From assembly GCA_963827235.1 (NCBI GenBank), contig CAWHAE010000016.1:160001-224000 (forward strand): 64,000 nucleotides of DNA, in the 5' to 3' direction. The position numbers and the translations under genes were made by a program. Shown here one piece after another: positions 27,894-38,253 of this stretch. The stretch's first letter is position 1. Each line of letters starts with the position of its first letter. The notes under the pieces are model-generated. The model ran no database searches. It was given only the letters and a program-made list of their open reading frames with translations, and was not told where the DNA came from. Origin of the DNA: an uncultured bacterium. Lineage in GTDB: Bacteria > Chloroflexota > UBA5177 > JANWHV01.

Positions 27894-30884
27894 ATGCCGC
27901 AAGACCAGATCACCGTGCGCGGTGCGCGCGAACACAATCTCAAGAACGTCGATATATCGATCCCGCGCGATCGCCTCGTGGTGTTCACCGGGCTATCCGG
28001 CTCGGGTAAGTCGAGCCTGGCGTTCGATACGATCTTCGCCGAGGGCCAGCGCCGTTATGTCGAGTCCCTCTCGTCCTACGCGCGCCAGTTCCTCGGCCAG
28101 ATGGACAAGCCCGACGTCGACTACATCGAGGGCCTCTCGCCCGCCATCTCGATCGACCAGAAGAGCACCAGCAAGAATCCACGTTCTACAGTCGGCACCG
28201 TGACCGAGATCCACGACTATCTGCGGCTTCTGTTCGCTCGGGTCGGGCATCCCCACTGTCCCAACTGTGGACGTGAGATCGCACAGCAGTCCGTGGAGCA
28301 GATCGTGGACACGGTGCTCGGGTACACGCCCGGCAAGCGCGTGATGATCATGGCACCAGTCGTGCGCGGGCGCAAGGGCGAACATCGCAACGTGCTCGAC
28401 GACGCCCGCCGGAACGGCTTCGTTCGCGTGCGCGTGGACGGCAACGTCTACGACCTGGCAGAAGACGTGGCCATGGACAAGAACAAGAAGCACGACGTGG
28501 AGATAGTAATCGACAGGCTGGTGATACACGAGCGCACGGATCAGCGTGAAGAGGCGCGCGAGGACACGGCTCGGTTGGCGGATTCAGTGGAAACGGCGCT
28601 CAAGGTCGGAGGCGGGCTGGTGATCGTGGCCGAGATCGACGGGCCAGATCAGCTCTTCAGCGAGCACTTCGCCTGCGTGGTGTGCGGCATAAGCATGGGA
28701 GAGATCGAGCCGCGCACATTCTCGTTCAACAATCCGCATGGAGCGTGCCCGGCTTGCACCGGACTGGGCTATCGCCTGGAGTTCGATCCGGACCTGTTGG
28801 TGCCGAATGCCCGTCTGTCGCTGGGCGAGGGCGCCGTCCATCCCTGGTCCAAGTCGACGAACACGTTTCTCTCCTCCATGCTGCAGTCGTTTTGCCGGCG
28901 CCACAACATCAACACGAGCGTGCCCTGGGCCGACCTGCCCGAGGAGCAGCAGCACATGGTGCTCTATGGCGCCGGCGACGAGCGCGTGCGAATGAGTCAC
29001 AGCACGAAGTCCGGGCGCCTCTACGAGTGGGACGGCAAGTTCGAGGGCGTCATTCCCATGGCCAACCGCCGCTACCGGGAGACAGACAGCGAGTTCATGA
29101 AGCAGGAATGGGAGCAGTACATGGCCAGCGTGCCCTGCCAGACCTGCAAGGGGGCGCGTCTCAAGCCGGAAGCACTGGCGGTGACCGTGTCGACGAAGAA
29201 CATCGTCGAGATCTCGCGGCTCTCGATCTACAATGCGAGCCACTGGTTCGAGAAGCTCGCGGGCGACGAAGGGCGCGCCGACGTCGACGCAGTCGATCAA
29301 CCGCAGCGTATCGGCGCGCGCAGCGCCGCGGCCTCGAATGGGTTTATCCCCGATTACGACCCCGATCTCGTGGCTCCCACGCCGCTTACTGCTCGCGAGA
29401 TGGCCATTGCCAGGCAGATTGTCAAGGAGATTCGGGCACGCCTCGGCTTTCTCGTCAACGTGGGCCTCGGGTACCTAACGCTCGAGCGCTCCGCTACTAC
29501 ATTGTCCGGCGGGGAAGCGCAGCGCATTCGCCTGGCCAGCCAGATTGGATCTGGTCTGATGGGCGTGCTCTACGTCCTGGACGAGCCCAGCATCGGTCTC
29601 CACCAGCGGGACAACGCTCGACTGCTCGATACTCTTGTAACGCTGCGCGACATGGGCAATACCTTGATCGTGGTGGAGCACGACGAGGAGACCATGCGGG
29701 CGGCGGACTACATCGTCGACATCGGGCCGGCCGCAGGCGAGCACGGCGGGCACATCGTGGCTAGCGGGACCCTGGACGAGATCATCGCCTGCCGGGAGTC
29801 GCTCACCGGCCAGTACCTGGCAGGCCACCGCTTCGTGCCGGTACCTGCCAGGCGAAGGCGCGGAAACGGCAAGTCGCTCACCATACGCGGTGCCACGGAG
29901 AACAATCTGCAGAATCTGACGGCGCGGTTCCCACTTGGCACGTTCATCTGCGTGACGGGCGTCTCCGGGTCGGGGAAGAGCACCCTGATCAACGAAGTGC
30001 TGTACAAGGCCGTGGCGCAACACGTGTACCGCCTGAAGAAGCGGGCAGGCGTCCATCAGGCGATTGACGGGCTCGAGCACATCGACAAAGTGATCGACAT
30101 CGATCAGTCGCCGATCGGCAGGACCCCGCGGAGCAATCCGGCCACCTACACGGGGATGTTCACTCCACTCCGTGAGCTGTTCTCGCGCATGCCGGAGTCT
30201 CGCGTGCGCGGGTACAAGCCGGGCCGATTCTCGTTCAACGTGAAAGGCGGCCGCTGCGAGGCGTGCGCTGGTGAAGGCATCATCAAGATAGAGATGCACT
30301 TCTTGCCAGACGTCTACGTTCCCTGCGAGGTCTGCAAGGGCAAACGCTACAATCGCGAAGCGCTCGAGGTTCGTTTCAAGGGCAAGAGCATCGCCGATAT
30401 CCTGGACATGACCGTCTCCGAGGCGCTGGCGTTCTTCGAAGCGATTCCAGCCGTATACAACAAGCTGCGCACGCTCGACGAGGTTGGGCTAGGCTACATT
30501 CGCCTGGGCCAGCCAGCCACGCAGCTATCGGGCGGCGAGGCACAAAGAGTGAAGCTCTCCACCGAGTTGTCGAAGCGGGCCACCGGACGCACGCTGTATA
30601 TCCTCGACGAGCCGACTACCGGTCTGCATTTTGCCGACGTCGCCCGGCTGCTTCAGGTGCTCAACCGGCTTGCCGACAACGGCAACACGGTGATCGTCAT
30701 CGAGCACAATCTGGACGTGGTGAAGACGGCCGACTGGATCATCGATCTCGGTCCGGAGGGCGGAGACGGCGGCGGGCGAATCGTGGCCGAAGGCACTCCC
30801 GAAGACCTGGCGGAGAACGAGGCAAGCTTCACGGGCCAGTTCTTGCGGCGCGTGCTGCGGTCGCAGGAGTCCGTTGCCGTGTAG
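27894..30884 (+). CDS. uvrA: Excinuclease ABC subunit A
   Basis: GAREHNLKN, two ABC modules ([26 protein letters not shown]), Zn fingers. Confidence 0.99.
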   Translation: MPQDQITVRGAREHNLKNVDISIPRDRLVVFTGLSGSGKSSLAFDTIFAEGQRRYVESLSSYARQFLGQMDKPDVDYIEGLSPAISIDQKSTSKNPRSTVGTVTEIHDYLRLLFARVGHPHCPNCGREIAQQSVEQIVDTVLGYTPGKRVMIMAPVVRGRKGEHRNVLDDARRNGFVRVRVDGNVYDLAEDVAMDKNKKHDVEIVIDRLVIHERTDQREEAREDTARLADSVETALKVGGGLVIVAEIDGPDQLFSEHFACVVCGISMGEIEPRTFSFNNPHGACPACTGLGYRLEFDPDLLVPNARLSLGEGAVHPWSKSTNTFLSSMLQSFCRRHNINTSVPWADLPEEQQHMVLYGAGDERVRMSHSTKSGRLYEWDGKFEGVIPMANRRYRETDSEFMKQEWEQYMASVPCQTCKGARLKPEALAVTVSTKNIVEISRLSIYNASHWFEKLAGDEGRADVDAVDQPQRIGARSAAASNGFIPDYDPDLVAPTPLTAREMAIARQIVKEIRARLGFLVNVGLGYLTLERSATTLSGGEAQRIRLASQIGSGLMGVLYVLDEPSIGLHQRDNARLLDTLVTLRDMGNTLIVVEHDEETMRAADYIVDIGPAAGEHGGHIVASGTLDEIIACRESLTGQYLAGHRFVPVPARRRRGNGKSLTIRGATENNLQNLTARFPLGTFICVTGVSGSGKSTLINEVLYKAVAQHVYRLKKRAGVHQAIDGLEHIDKVIDIDQSPIGRTPRSNPATYTGMFTPLRELFSRMPESRVRGYKPGRFSFNVKGGRCEACAGEGIIKIEMHFLPDVYVPCEVCKGKRYNREALEVRFKGKSIADILDMTVSEALAFFEAIPAVYNKLRTLDEVGLGYIRLGQPATQLSGGEAQRVKLSTELSKRATGRTLYILDEPTTGLHFADVARLLQVLNRLADNGNTVIVIEHNLDVVKTADWIIDLGPEGGDGGGRIVAEGTPEDLAENEASFTGQFLRRVLRSQESVAV

Positions 30885-30968
30885 CTGCCAGGCTCCGGCA
30901 GCCCGTGCTCCGGCGGCTCACCGGGCCGAGCGTCGCGCCACCGGCCGGTGACAGCGCCGCTGCCGGGC

Positions 30969-32336
30969 TTATGTCTGGTTGCTGCCCGGCGGCGTCTCGG
31001 GTCCGCTCGCAACGAACACCTGCTCGAAGGCGAACCAGAGGCCGAAGGGCGCCGTGACCAGGATAAGTCGGTCGAGTGACGTCCTGGCATGCTGGATGTA
31101 GTCCGGCCAGGCCGAAAGGCTAAGCGAGGCGATGAAGAAGGCGAGAGGAAGCAGGACCGTAAGCAGCAGCAGCGGTGCCCTGATCCTACGCCGCACCAGC
31201 CCGTGCAGTGCAAGAGCGGCGACCGCTATCCACAGCAGGTTCCACTCGTCCACGGCGAGCATGTTCAGAGCGAAGAGACGCCCAATGGGTGGAATCCGCC
31301 AGGCATAGTGGATTACATTGGCGATCGTCGCCGCGTGGAAATCGCGGTCAGGCACTCCTATTCGCCAGTCTAGCACGTACCACGGCGCCCCTAGCAGCGC
31401 GGCAGCCGTCACGAACGCAAGCACGCCCCGGGTCGCTCGGCGCAAGGCCGCCAGCGACAGCATTGCCGCTGCCACGAACGGCACAGCATCGTGCTTCGTG
31501 AACAGGGCCAGTCCGAAGAGAGCGCCTGCCGCCAGGCACGCCTTCGTGTTGCCGGCAGCTCGCCCGCCGACCACGAGCACGGCGGCACCCGCCACGACAT
31601 AGGCGGCGAGCGGTACGTCCGCCAGGCCCGTGCCGGCGTACTCGGTCACTCGGGGCACCAGCACCAGACAGGCCCCGCCCAGGAGGGCAACGCGGCGGCC
31701 AAAGCGTGCCTCGAAGACGCCCACGAGGGCCAGCAGGAGGGCGACGAAGAACAACGCGAACATCGGCTTCATCAGCACCGGGTCGGTTGAGCCGCACCAG
31801 GTGTACACCCAGGCAATGAGCAGGGGGACAAGCGGCGGGTACGCCGGGTGCGCGAACTCGGAGGCTCGGTCGACCAGGAAGGCGTGCGTGATGCCCCCGT
31901 CGTGCCAGAAGCGGATGCCTTTGTAGTCCCATAGCGCCCACGAATCGAAGCTCCCCAACGGGACGCGCACTGCTACCAGGAATACATAGACGACCTGGAC
32001 CAGGCATACCGCGGCCAGGACACGGCTCAAGGGATCGTCGAGCCAGGATGGCGCCGAAGCGGGGACACCCACGACCCGCGCACGCGCGGCCCGCGGGCGT
32101 CCAGCGAGCGCAGGTGCCAGGACGACGACCAGCCATATCGCCGCAAACGGCGCTCGGCCGTAACCAATCCGCATCGCCGACAGCAGAGCCATGCCGGCAG
32201 CAACACCGCCACAGCCAAACAACCAGGCTGCCGACCAGCCCAGGACGCCGTTGAGCCCGACCAGGCGCGCACAGGGAATTCCCGCAACCAGGAGCAGCAC
32301 CATGGCAAAGACGGCCGACGGCTCCGCGGCGTTCAT
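30969..32336 (-). CDS. GT-C fold (PMT/ArnT-like) integral membrane glycosyltransferase
   Basis: About 12 TM segments; FDSWALW..K, HPAYPPL, GLADVPLA, TKHDA motifs. Confidence 0.65.
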   Translation of the reverse strand: MNAAEPSAVFAMVLLLVAGIPCARLVGLNGVLGWSAAWLFGCGGVAAGMALLSAMRIGYGRAPFAAIWLVVVLAPALAGRPRAARARVVGVPASAPSWLDDPLSRVLAAVCLVQVVYVFLVAVRVPLGSFDSWALWDYKGIRFWHDGGITHAFLVDRASEFAHPAYPPLVPLLIAWVYTWCGSTDPVLMKPMFALFFVALLLALVGVFEARFGRRVALLGGACLVLVPRVTEYAGTGLADVPLAAYVVAGAAVLVVGGRAAGNTKACLAAGALFGLALFTKHDAVPFVAAAMLSLAALRRATRGVLAFVTAAALLGAPWYVLDWRIGVPDRDFHAATIANVIHYAWRIPPIGRLFALNMLAVDEWNLLWIAVAALALHGLVRRRIRAPLLLLTVLLPLAFFIASLSLSAWPDYIQHARTSLDRLILVTAPFGLWFAFEQVFVASGPETPPGSNQT

Positions 32337-32842
32337 CGACCCGCGCGGCCCGGCGTGACATACAGCGAGTAGTATGCGTCGGTGAGTCTGCCAAGTCCTG
32401 CCGGAACGACCGCGGTGTCACTCGCCAGCAGGCAGGTCGCGTGGTGGGCGGACATGGCGGCACGAAGCTGGGCGGTATCTGCACGCCCGGTGGCCGGAAT
32501 GTCGGCGTACGGCCAGAGCCGCCTGGGCAGCATGAGGAACGAGGCGCGCTGGTAGTCGTCCGTCCAGGCGTCACGATCGATCACGCAGACCGCAGACTGC
32601 GGCAGGCGGGAATCGGCCAGTCGTACCGCGCGGTCGACCGCCGGGAGCCCAGGGTTGTACTGCGGCACCGGCACGAAGCCGCCGGTGGCCACCAGCGCGG
32701 CGGGCGAGAAGAAGCGAAGCTCAACTACCAGCCGCCCGGCGTCGGCCGCGGCGGCAATCACCAGGACCAGCAGGGCGATCTGCCGGAAGCGGAGGCCCGG
32801 GTTCCTTGGGGCCGCGGCGATGAGACGTTCCCGTTCAGCCAC
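32333..32842 (-). CDS. Membrane-anchored hypothetical protein, translationally coupled to the GT-C gene
   Basis: Single N-terminal TM; 4-nt overlap with the downstream ORF. Confidence 0.6.
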   Translation of the reverse strand: MAERERLIAAAPRNPGLRFRQIALLVLVIAAAADAGRLVVELRFFSPAALVATGGFVPVPQYNPGLPAVDRAVRLADSRLPQSAVCVIDRDAWTDDYQRASFLMLPRRLWPYADIPATGRADTAQLRAAMSAHHATCLLASDTAVVPAGLGRLTDAYYSLYVTPGRAGR

Positions 32843-32944
32843 GCTACACGCTTCAGCGTCACTATGAGGCTCCGGCCATCCAGACGGCGCAAACGGCAGG
32901 CAGCCAACAACTCACCGGGCAATATAGCAGATCGACCGACGCGT

Positions 32945-34939
32945 CTAGCCGGCTGCGAGTGTGCGATGGCGGTACAGCCACGCCATGATCACGGCGACGT
33001 CCGCCGGAGTAACCCCGGCGATCCTTCCCGCCTGCCCCAGAGTGCCCGGACGGAAACGTGCCAGCTTCTCTCGGGCCTCGACGCGCAGATTGGGCACGGC
33101 CGAGATGTCGAAGCTGTCCGGTATCCTCGTGTCTTCCATACGGCGCGCCCTGGCCACCAACCGCTCCTGCTGTTCCAGGTAGCCTTCGTAGGCCGCGTGA
33201 ATCCAGACCGACTCTGCGACGTCGACCGGCAGATCGCGCAACTCCGAGTCCTGCAGGAATCGACGCAGCATGTCGTAGCGTCCCGCCGGGCGCCGAAGCA
33301 GATCCAGGGGGCTAGAGGGCATGTCGCCCGCCTGCGGAAAGGCGGCGGCAAACTCGTCCGCCCGCGCGCGATCCAGCCTGGTGCCGGCAAGGTGCCGCAA
33401 CGCTGACTCCCGCCGGGCGATGCGCGCGCGCGTGCGCTCATACTGCTCGCCAGACACGAGTCCCAGGGCGTGGCCGATCTCACCCAGACGTTCGCCTGCG
33501 TTGTCCTGGCGAAGCAGGAGCCGGTACTCCGCGCGAGACGTGTGCATGCGGTAAGGCTCCGTATGATCTTGAGAGACGAGGTCGTCGATCAGCACGCCCA
33601 CGTAGGCCTGGTCGCGCCGGAGCACGACCGCGGGCTCATCCACGCAGTACTGCGCCGCGTTGATGCCCGCCACCAGTCCTTGCGCCGCCGCCTCTTCGTA
33701 GCCGGACGTGCCGTTGATCTGTCCCGCCTGGAACAGTCCGCGCACCACTCTGCTCTCGAGGCTCGCGGACGTTTGGTGCGGCGGCACATAGTCGTATTCG
33801 ACGGCGTAGCCTGGGCGGAGCATGGTGCAGTGCCGCAACGCTGGGATACTGTGCAGCATATCGAGCTGCACGTCCTCCGGCAGGCTTGTGTTGGCGCCCT
33901 GCAAATACACCGAGTCGGTGTTCCAGCCTTCCGGCTCCAGGAAGAGCTGGTGGCTCTCCTTGTCGGCGAAACGCACGATCTTGGCCTCGATGGACGGGCA
34001 GTAGCGGGGCCCGATACCCTCGATCAGCCCGTTGAACATGGGCGCCCGGTGCAGGTTCTGCCGGATGATCCGGTGCGTCTCCGCCTCCGTGTAGATGAGG
34101 TGGCACGACAGTTGCCTGCGCCACTCTTGCTCGCCGCCGTTGCCGGGAGCGCTCGCCGCCGACCGCGGATCGGCCCAGAACAGATCGATGGCCGAGCGGT
34201 CACCATCCTCGGCTTGCTGGAACGCGATGCGCGCGTCTTCGCTGAAGAAGAGGGGGACCGAGCTGCCGGGCTGCTCGCGGCCCTGGGAGTACTCGATGGT
34301 ACGCCGATCGATGCGGGGCGGCGTACCAGTCTTGTGGCGGCCGAGCTCGATGCCAAGCTCTCGAAGCGCGCCGGAGAGGCCGAGGGCCGCCGCCTCGCCC
34401 ACCCGTCCGCCGCTTGAGACGCGCTCGCCGCAGATCAGCCTGCCGTTCAGCGACGTACCGGTGCAGAGCACGATCGCGGTGCAGGTCACCGTAGAGCCGC
34501 CGAGCAGGCGCACACCGGACACTGCAGGCGATCCGCGCCTGGAAGCAACGGCGATCGCCTCGACCGTACCCTCATGCAGATCAAGTCCCGGCTGGCTCAC
34601 GAGCACGCCGCGCATCACCGCGTTATATGCGTGCTTGTCCGACTGGACCCTCGGGGCCTGGACGGCTGGGCCCTTGCCGGTGTTGAGCATGCGAATCTGG
34701 ATGCTGGTGCGGTCGGCGTTGCGCGCCATCTCGCCGCCCAAAGCGTCGATCTCGCGCACCAGATGACCCTTGGCCGGACCGCCGATCGAAGGATTGCAGG
34801 GCATCAGCGCGACGTTGCGCATGTCGAGCGTCAATAGAAGCGTGCGGCGGCCCATGCGCGCCGCGGCGAGCGCAGCCTCACACCCGCCATGGCCGGCGCC
34901 TACCACCACCACGTCGTACGGCTTGGAGAGATCGATCAT
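32945..34939 (-). CDS. mnmG: tRNA uridine-5-carboxymethylaminomethyl modification enzyme MnmG (GidA)
   Basis: VVGAGHGGCEAA, MPCNPSIGGPAKG, KTGTPPR, GPRYCPSIE, AGQINGTSGYEEAAAQG; ATG 34939. Confidence 0.98.
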   Translation of the reverse strand: MIDLSKPYDVVVVGAGHGGCEAALAAARMGRRTLLLTLDMRNVALMPCNPSIGGPAKGHLVREIDALGGEMARNADRTSIQIRMLNTGKGPAVQAPRVQSDKHAYNAVMRGVLVSQPGLDLHEGTVEAIAVASRRGSPAVSGVRLLGGSTVTCTAIVLCTGTSLNGRLICGERVSSGGRVGEAAALGLSGALRELGIELGRHKTGTPPRIDRRTIEYSQGREQPGSSVPLFFSEDARIAFQQAEDGDRSAIDLFWADPRSAASAPGNGGEQEWRRQLSCHLIYTEAETHRIIRQNLHRAPMFNGLIEGIGPRYCPSIEAKIVRFADKESHQLFLEPEGWNTDSVYLQGANTSLPEDVQLDMLHSIPALRHCTMLRPGYAVEYDYVPPHQTSASLESRVVRGLFQAGQINGTSGYEEAAAQGLVAGINAAQYCVDEPAVVLRRDQAYVGVLIDDLVSQDHTEPYRMHTSRAEYRLLLRQDNAGERLGEIGHALGLVSGEQYERTRARIARRESALRHLAGTRLDRARADEFAAAFPQAGDMPSSPLDLLRRPAGRYDMLRRFLQDSELRDLPVDVAESVWIHAAYEGYLEQQERLVARARRMEDTRIPDSFDISAVPNLRVEAREKLARFRPGTLGQAGRIAGVTPADVAVIMAWLYRHRTLAAG

Positions 34940-35047
34940 CTTCACGTGATTCTGAACGAGGAACGGACACGAAGATGGTAGCACAGATAGCTGGAACTTC
35001 TGCACGGAGGCGCCGGGCGACCAGCGACTGGCGAAGCGCATGTCCCG

Positions 35048-36061
35048 CTAGAACGGCCGCCTCCCGCCGTTGCCCAGCGCCTGTGATGCGATTGTCGCGG
35101 ATCGCCCGCCCTCGTCACCCAGCAACCGCTCCGCCGTGAAGCGGTCGGTGATCAGCACGTTGATCCATCGACCGGTGAGCGCAGCCCGGATCGACTCCAG
35201 CTTGCGACTCCCGCCGGCAATGCCCACGGCGCGCTTCACGCGTTGCAGCTCCTCAAGGCCCATACTTATCACGCGCGCATCGAGGGGTGTAATGACGGGT
35301 GCGCCGGCCCGGTCGAAGAAATGCAGACAGATGTCGCCGACCGCTCCCCGCTCGCGCAGCAAGGCAAGCTCCGCCGGGGAGAAAACGTTGCCGCTACTGG
35401 CCAGCAGCTTTGACGGCTCCAGGGCCCCGATACCCACCAACGCCATGGTGACTCGGCCAAACAGATCCAGCGTCGGCCAGACATACGGGTCTTTGAGTAG
35501 CACGTCCCTCGATTCGGCCGACCCTGCTACGCCCGGTACAGGCAGCAATATGCCCTCACCGTGCACCAGCCGGGCAAGGCGCTGGGTCAGGCTATTGGCG
35601 TGCACCTCCGCCGCCGGATTGCCCACGCCGCCGAGAATCTGCACTACCTGCGCGTGCACGGACGCGGTCAGCGGATGCATGGCATCGACCATGGCGAGCA
35701 AGGTCGCGCTCCAGGAGGAGATGCCGACGATCTCACCATCCTTGAGCGTGGTTTCCAGGTAGTAAGCGGCCGCCGCGCCGATATCGCGCAGGATCTGCGC
35801 GTCGTCGTCGACCGAGTCGACCACGATGGCTCGCTTGAGACCGAATGCAGCCTGCAGGGACTCCTCCACCTCTGGAAAGGCGCCGAGGGGCACCCGCACG
35901 GTAATACGCACGATCCCCTCCTCCCGGGCACGCTTCAAGAGCCGCGACACGGTCGCCTGAGACAGGTCCAGCTGTGTGGCGATCTGGGACTGACCCAGGC
36001 CATGCTCATGATAGAGTCGCGCCACAGTACTCAGAAGGCGGAGTTCATCTACGCGAGCCAT
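35048..36061 (-). CDS. SorC/LsrR-family sugar-binding transcriptional regulator
   Basis: VARLYHEHGLGQSQIATQLDLSQATVSRLL HTH; GISSWSAT, GAVGDICLHFFD, LITD; true start 36061. Confidence 0.93.
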   Translation of the reverse strand: MARVDELRLLSTVARLYHEHGLGQSQIATQLDLSQATVSRLLKRAREEGIVRITVRVPLGAFPEVEESLQAAFGLKRAIVVDSVDDDAQILRDIGAAAAYYLETTLKDGEIVGISSWSATLLAMVDAMHPLTASVHAQVVQILGGVGNPAAEVHANSLTQRLARLVHGEGILLPVPGVAGSAESRDVLLKDPYVWPTLDLFGRVTMALVGIGALEPSKLLASSGNVFSPAELALLRERGAVGDICLHFFDRAGAPVITPLDARVISMGLEELQRVKRAVGIAGGSRKLESIRAALTGRWINVLITDRFTAERLLGDEGGRSATIASQALGNGGRRPF

Positions 36062-36198
36062 TATCGATCCCTGGTGATCAGACGGCCACTCAGCCAAATT
36101 GCCGATAGGAGCTAGGGTACCTCTTTGGGCAGTGCGGAACCACAGGCGCGGAACAGGGAGGATGCACGCACCGGCCGCGCGTCGCTCGATGGTTGCCC

Positions 36199-37059
36199 TC
36201 AGGCCTTGATCGCCCCACCCAGCAAGCCGCTGATCAGGTAGCGCTGCAAGAACATGTACACAACCAAGAGCGGAATGACCCCGAGCACGATGCCTGCGCT
36301 CAACTGGGTGTAGCTGCCCGAGAACTGATTGAAGAAGTTCAGCAGTCCGAGCGGTAGGGTGTGCACGTCCGCATTGGGCAGGAGCACCAGCGCCATCAGG
36401 AACTCGTTCCACGTCGCCACGACATCCAGGATGCACAGCGTAGCGAGGGCCGGAACGATCAGCGGAAGGACGACACGCACGAACACGATGAGCTCGCCGG
36501 CGCCGTCGACGCGGGCAGCTTCCATCAGCTCGCCCGGAATGAGCCGCATGAAGCCGCGCAGCACGAAGACCTGGAATGGGATGCCGAAAGCGAGATACGG
36601 ACCCAATAGCGCCCACAGCGAACCCAGCAGGCCAAGGTTGCGATCGATCACAAACAGCGGCAACAGCGCGACATGGACTGGAACGGCCAGCCCGGCCACG
36701 AAGTAGATAAAGAAGACGCCGCTCAGGCGAAATCGCATCTTGGCCAGCGGGTATGCAGCAAGTGCCGAGACCAGCAAGCCGAGCGGCACCTTGACGACCG
36801 TTATCAACGCGCTGTTCTTGTAGGTCGTGCCGAAGTCCCCGGTCTGCCACGCATCGGAGAAGTTGGCCAAGCGCAGCGAGTGCGGAAAGCTGAACACACC
36901 TCGAGTCAGGAAGTCCGGATCCGACCGTAGAGCCGTGGAGACCAGAATGATCATCGGGAACATGAACACCAGCGCCAGCAGGCCGAAACCTGCGGCAAAG
37001 GCCGCATTCACCATTCCCTTTCGCCGCTGGCGTGCGTGGAGCTGCTGCATAATCATCAA
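36199..37059 (-). CDS. Carbohydrate ABC transporter permease (MalG-type)
   Basis: EAARVDGA loop, WNEFL, TLPLGL; 6 TM. Confidence 0.93.
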   Translation of the reverse strand: MMIMQQLHARQRRKGMVNAAFAAGFGLLALVFMFPMIILVSTALRSDPDFLTRGVFSFPHSLRLANFSDAWQTGDFGTTYKNSALITVVKVPLGLLVSALAAYPLAKMRFRLSGVFFIYFVAGLAVPVHVALLPLFVIDRNLGLLGSLWALLGPYLAFGIPFQVFVLRGFMRLIPGELMEAARVDGAGELIVFVRVVLPLIVPALATLCILDVVATWNEFLMALVLLPNADVHTLPLGLLNFFNQFSGSYTQLSAGIVLGVIPLLVVYMFLQRYLISGLLGGAIKA

Positions 37060-37104
37060 TGCATTCCTCGTGCGCCCAGCGCGAGACTTCGGTGCTGCAT
37101 GGTG

Positions 37105-38049
37105 CTAGACTCCACTTCGCCGGGTCATCACCCGCAGGTACGGTATGGTCACGACCAACGAGATGAGCGCGATGACCCAAGCAAGTGCCGATCCATAGCC
37201 TGCGTGATAGAACTGGAACGTGTTGAAATACATCCAGCTGGCGAGAACTTGCGTGGCCTGGCCGGGGCCGCCGTAGGTCATCGCGTAAATGAGGTCAAAG
37301 ACCTTGAACGACCCAATGACGCCCAGAGTGACCACGATAATGTGCGTCTCCGTCAGCCACGGCAGCGTGATATGCCAGAACCGCTGCCAAGCGTTCGCGC
37401 CATCGACCCGTGCTGCCTCGAATTGCTCCTCCGGGATACTCTGCAAGCCAGCCAGGTAGAGCACCATGGGGAAGCCCAAGCTTTGCCAGACCGCGGCGGC
37501 CATCACCGAGGGAAGCGCGAGACTCGGTGAGCCGAGCCAAGGTTGAGCGAGGCCGCCCAGGTGAATGGTGCGCAGGAAGGTGTTGATCAGCCCGACGTTC
37601 GGGTCGTACATCCACGACCAGAGCCCGGCGACTCCGACGAGTGGCAGAATGCCCGGGGCGTAGAAGATAGAGCGATAGAGTGTCCTGCCGGGAAAGCGGC
37701 GGTTCAGGCCCAGGGCCAGCAGAAGGCCGAGGATCGTGGGCACGACCAAGGTGACGGCTGTCCAGCTGAGATTGTTCTCAAAAGCCGTGATCGCGACCGG
37801 GTCGTTGAAGATGTGCTGGTAGTTCTTGAAGCCGACAAAGGAGCTGGTAGGGGAGAGGCCATCCCAGTTCGTGAAGCTGATCGACAGCGAGTCAAACATG
37901 GGATAGACGACGAAGACCGAATAGATGACCAAGGCGGGAAGCATGAACACATACGGCAAGCTCGCCGGGCGCAACCGGCCAAGTCTGCGGAACCACGTCG
38001 CCCGACTCTGCGCTGCCGCCACCGGCGCACCGGCGCCCCCCTGTGCCAC
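37105..38049 (-). CDS. Carbohydrate ABC transporter permease (MalF-type)
   Basis: FVGFKNY, LAGLQSIP..EAARVDGA, ITLPWL, GGPG. Confidence 0.93.
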   Translation of the reverse strand: MAQGGAGAPVAAAQSRATWFRRLGRLRPASLPYVFMLPALVIYSVFVVYPMFDSLSISFTNWDGLSPTSSFVGFKNYQHIFNDPVAITAFENNLSWTAVTLVVPTILGLLLALGLNRRFPGRTLYRSIFYAPGILPLVGVAGLWSWMYDPNVGLINTFLRTIHLGGLAQPWLGSPSLALPSVMAAAVWQSLGFPMVLYLAGLQSIPEEQFEAARVDGANAWQRFWHITLPWLTETHIIVVTLGVIGSFKVFDLIYAMTYGGPGQATQVLASWMYFNTFQFYHAGYGSALAWVIALISLVVTIPYLRVMTRRSGV

Positions 38050-38204
38050 CTGTTGCCTCCAGTCGCTCCTACCCTGCGTGATCGTCTTCGCGGCTGCGGC
38101 TGTAGACCCGCGCGCCCGCCTTCTTTACCAGAGTACGCTAGTACCACAGGTGCCGCACGCGGGCCGGCCGGGCCGACGCCAAGCTGCAGCCACGTACCGC
38201 AAGC

Positions 38205-38238
38205 GGGAGCGGCGCTTCCGGAACGAAGCACCGCTCCC
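38205..38238 (-). promoter_or_regulatory. Intercistronic stem-loop after the SBP gene
   Basis: On the minus strand GGGAGCGGUGCUUC-GUUCCG-GAAGCGCCGCUCCC forms a 14-bp stem with one U-G pair, so it is fully paired only on the mRNA strand. Confidence 0.6.
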
Positions 38239-38253
38239 CGACCCGAAGTGCAC

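Noticed and set aside
36062-37180. 710-aa ORF suggesting a long fusion to the SorC regulator
   Set aside because: The extension is an alternative frame over the permease gene; regulator homology begins at 36061
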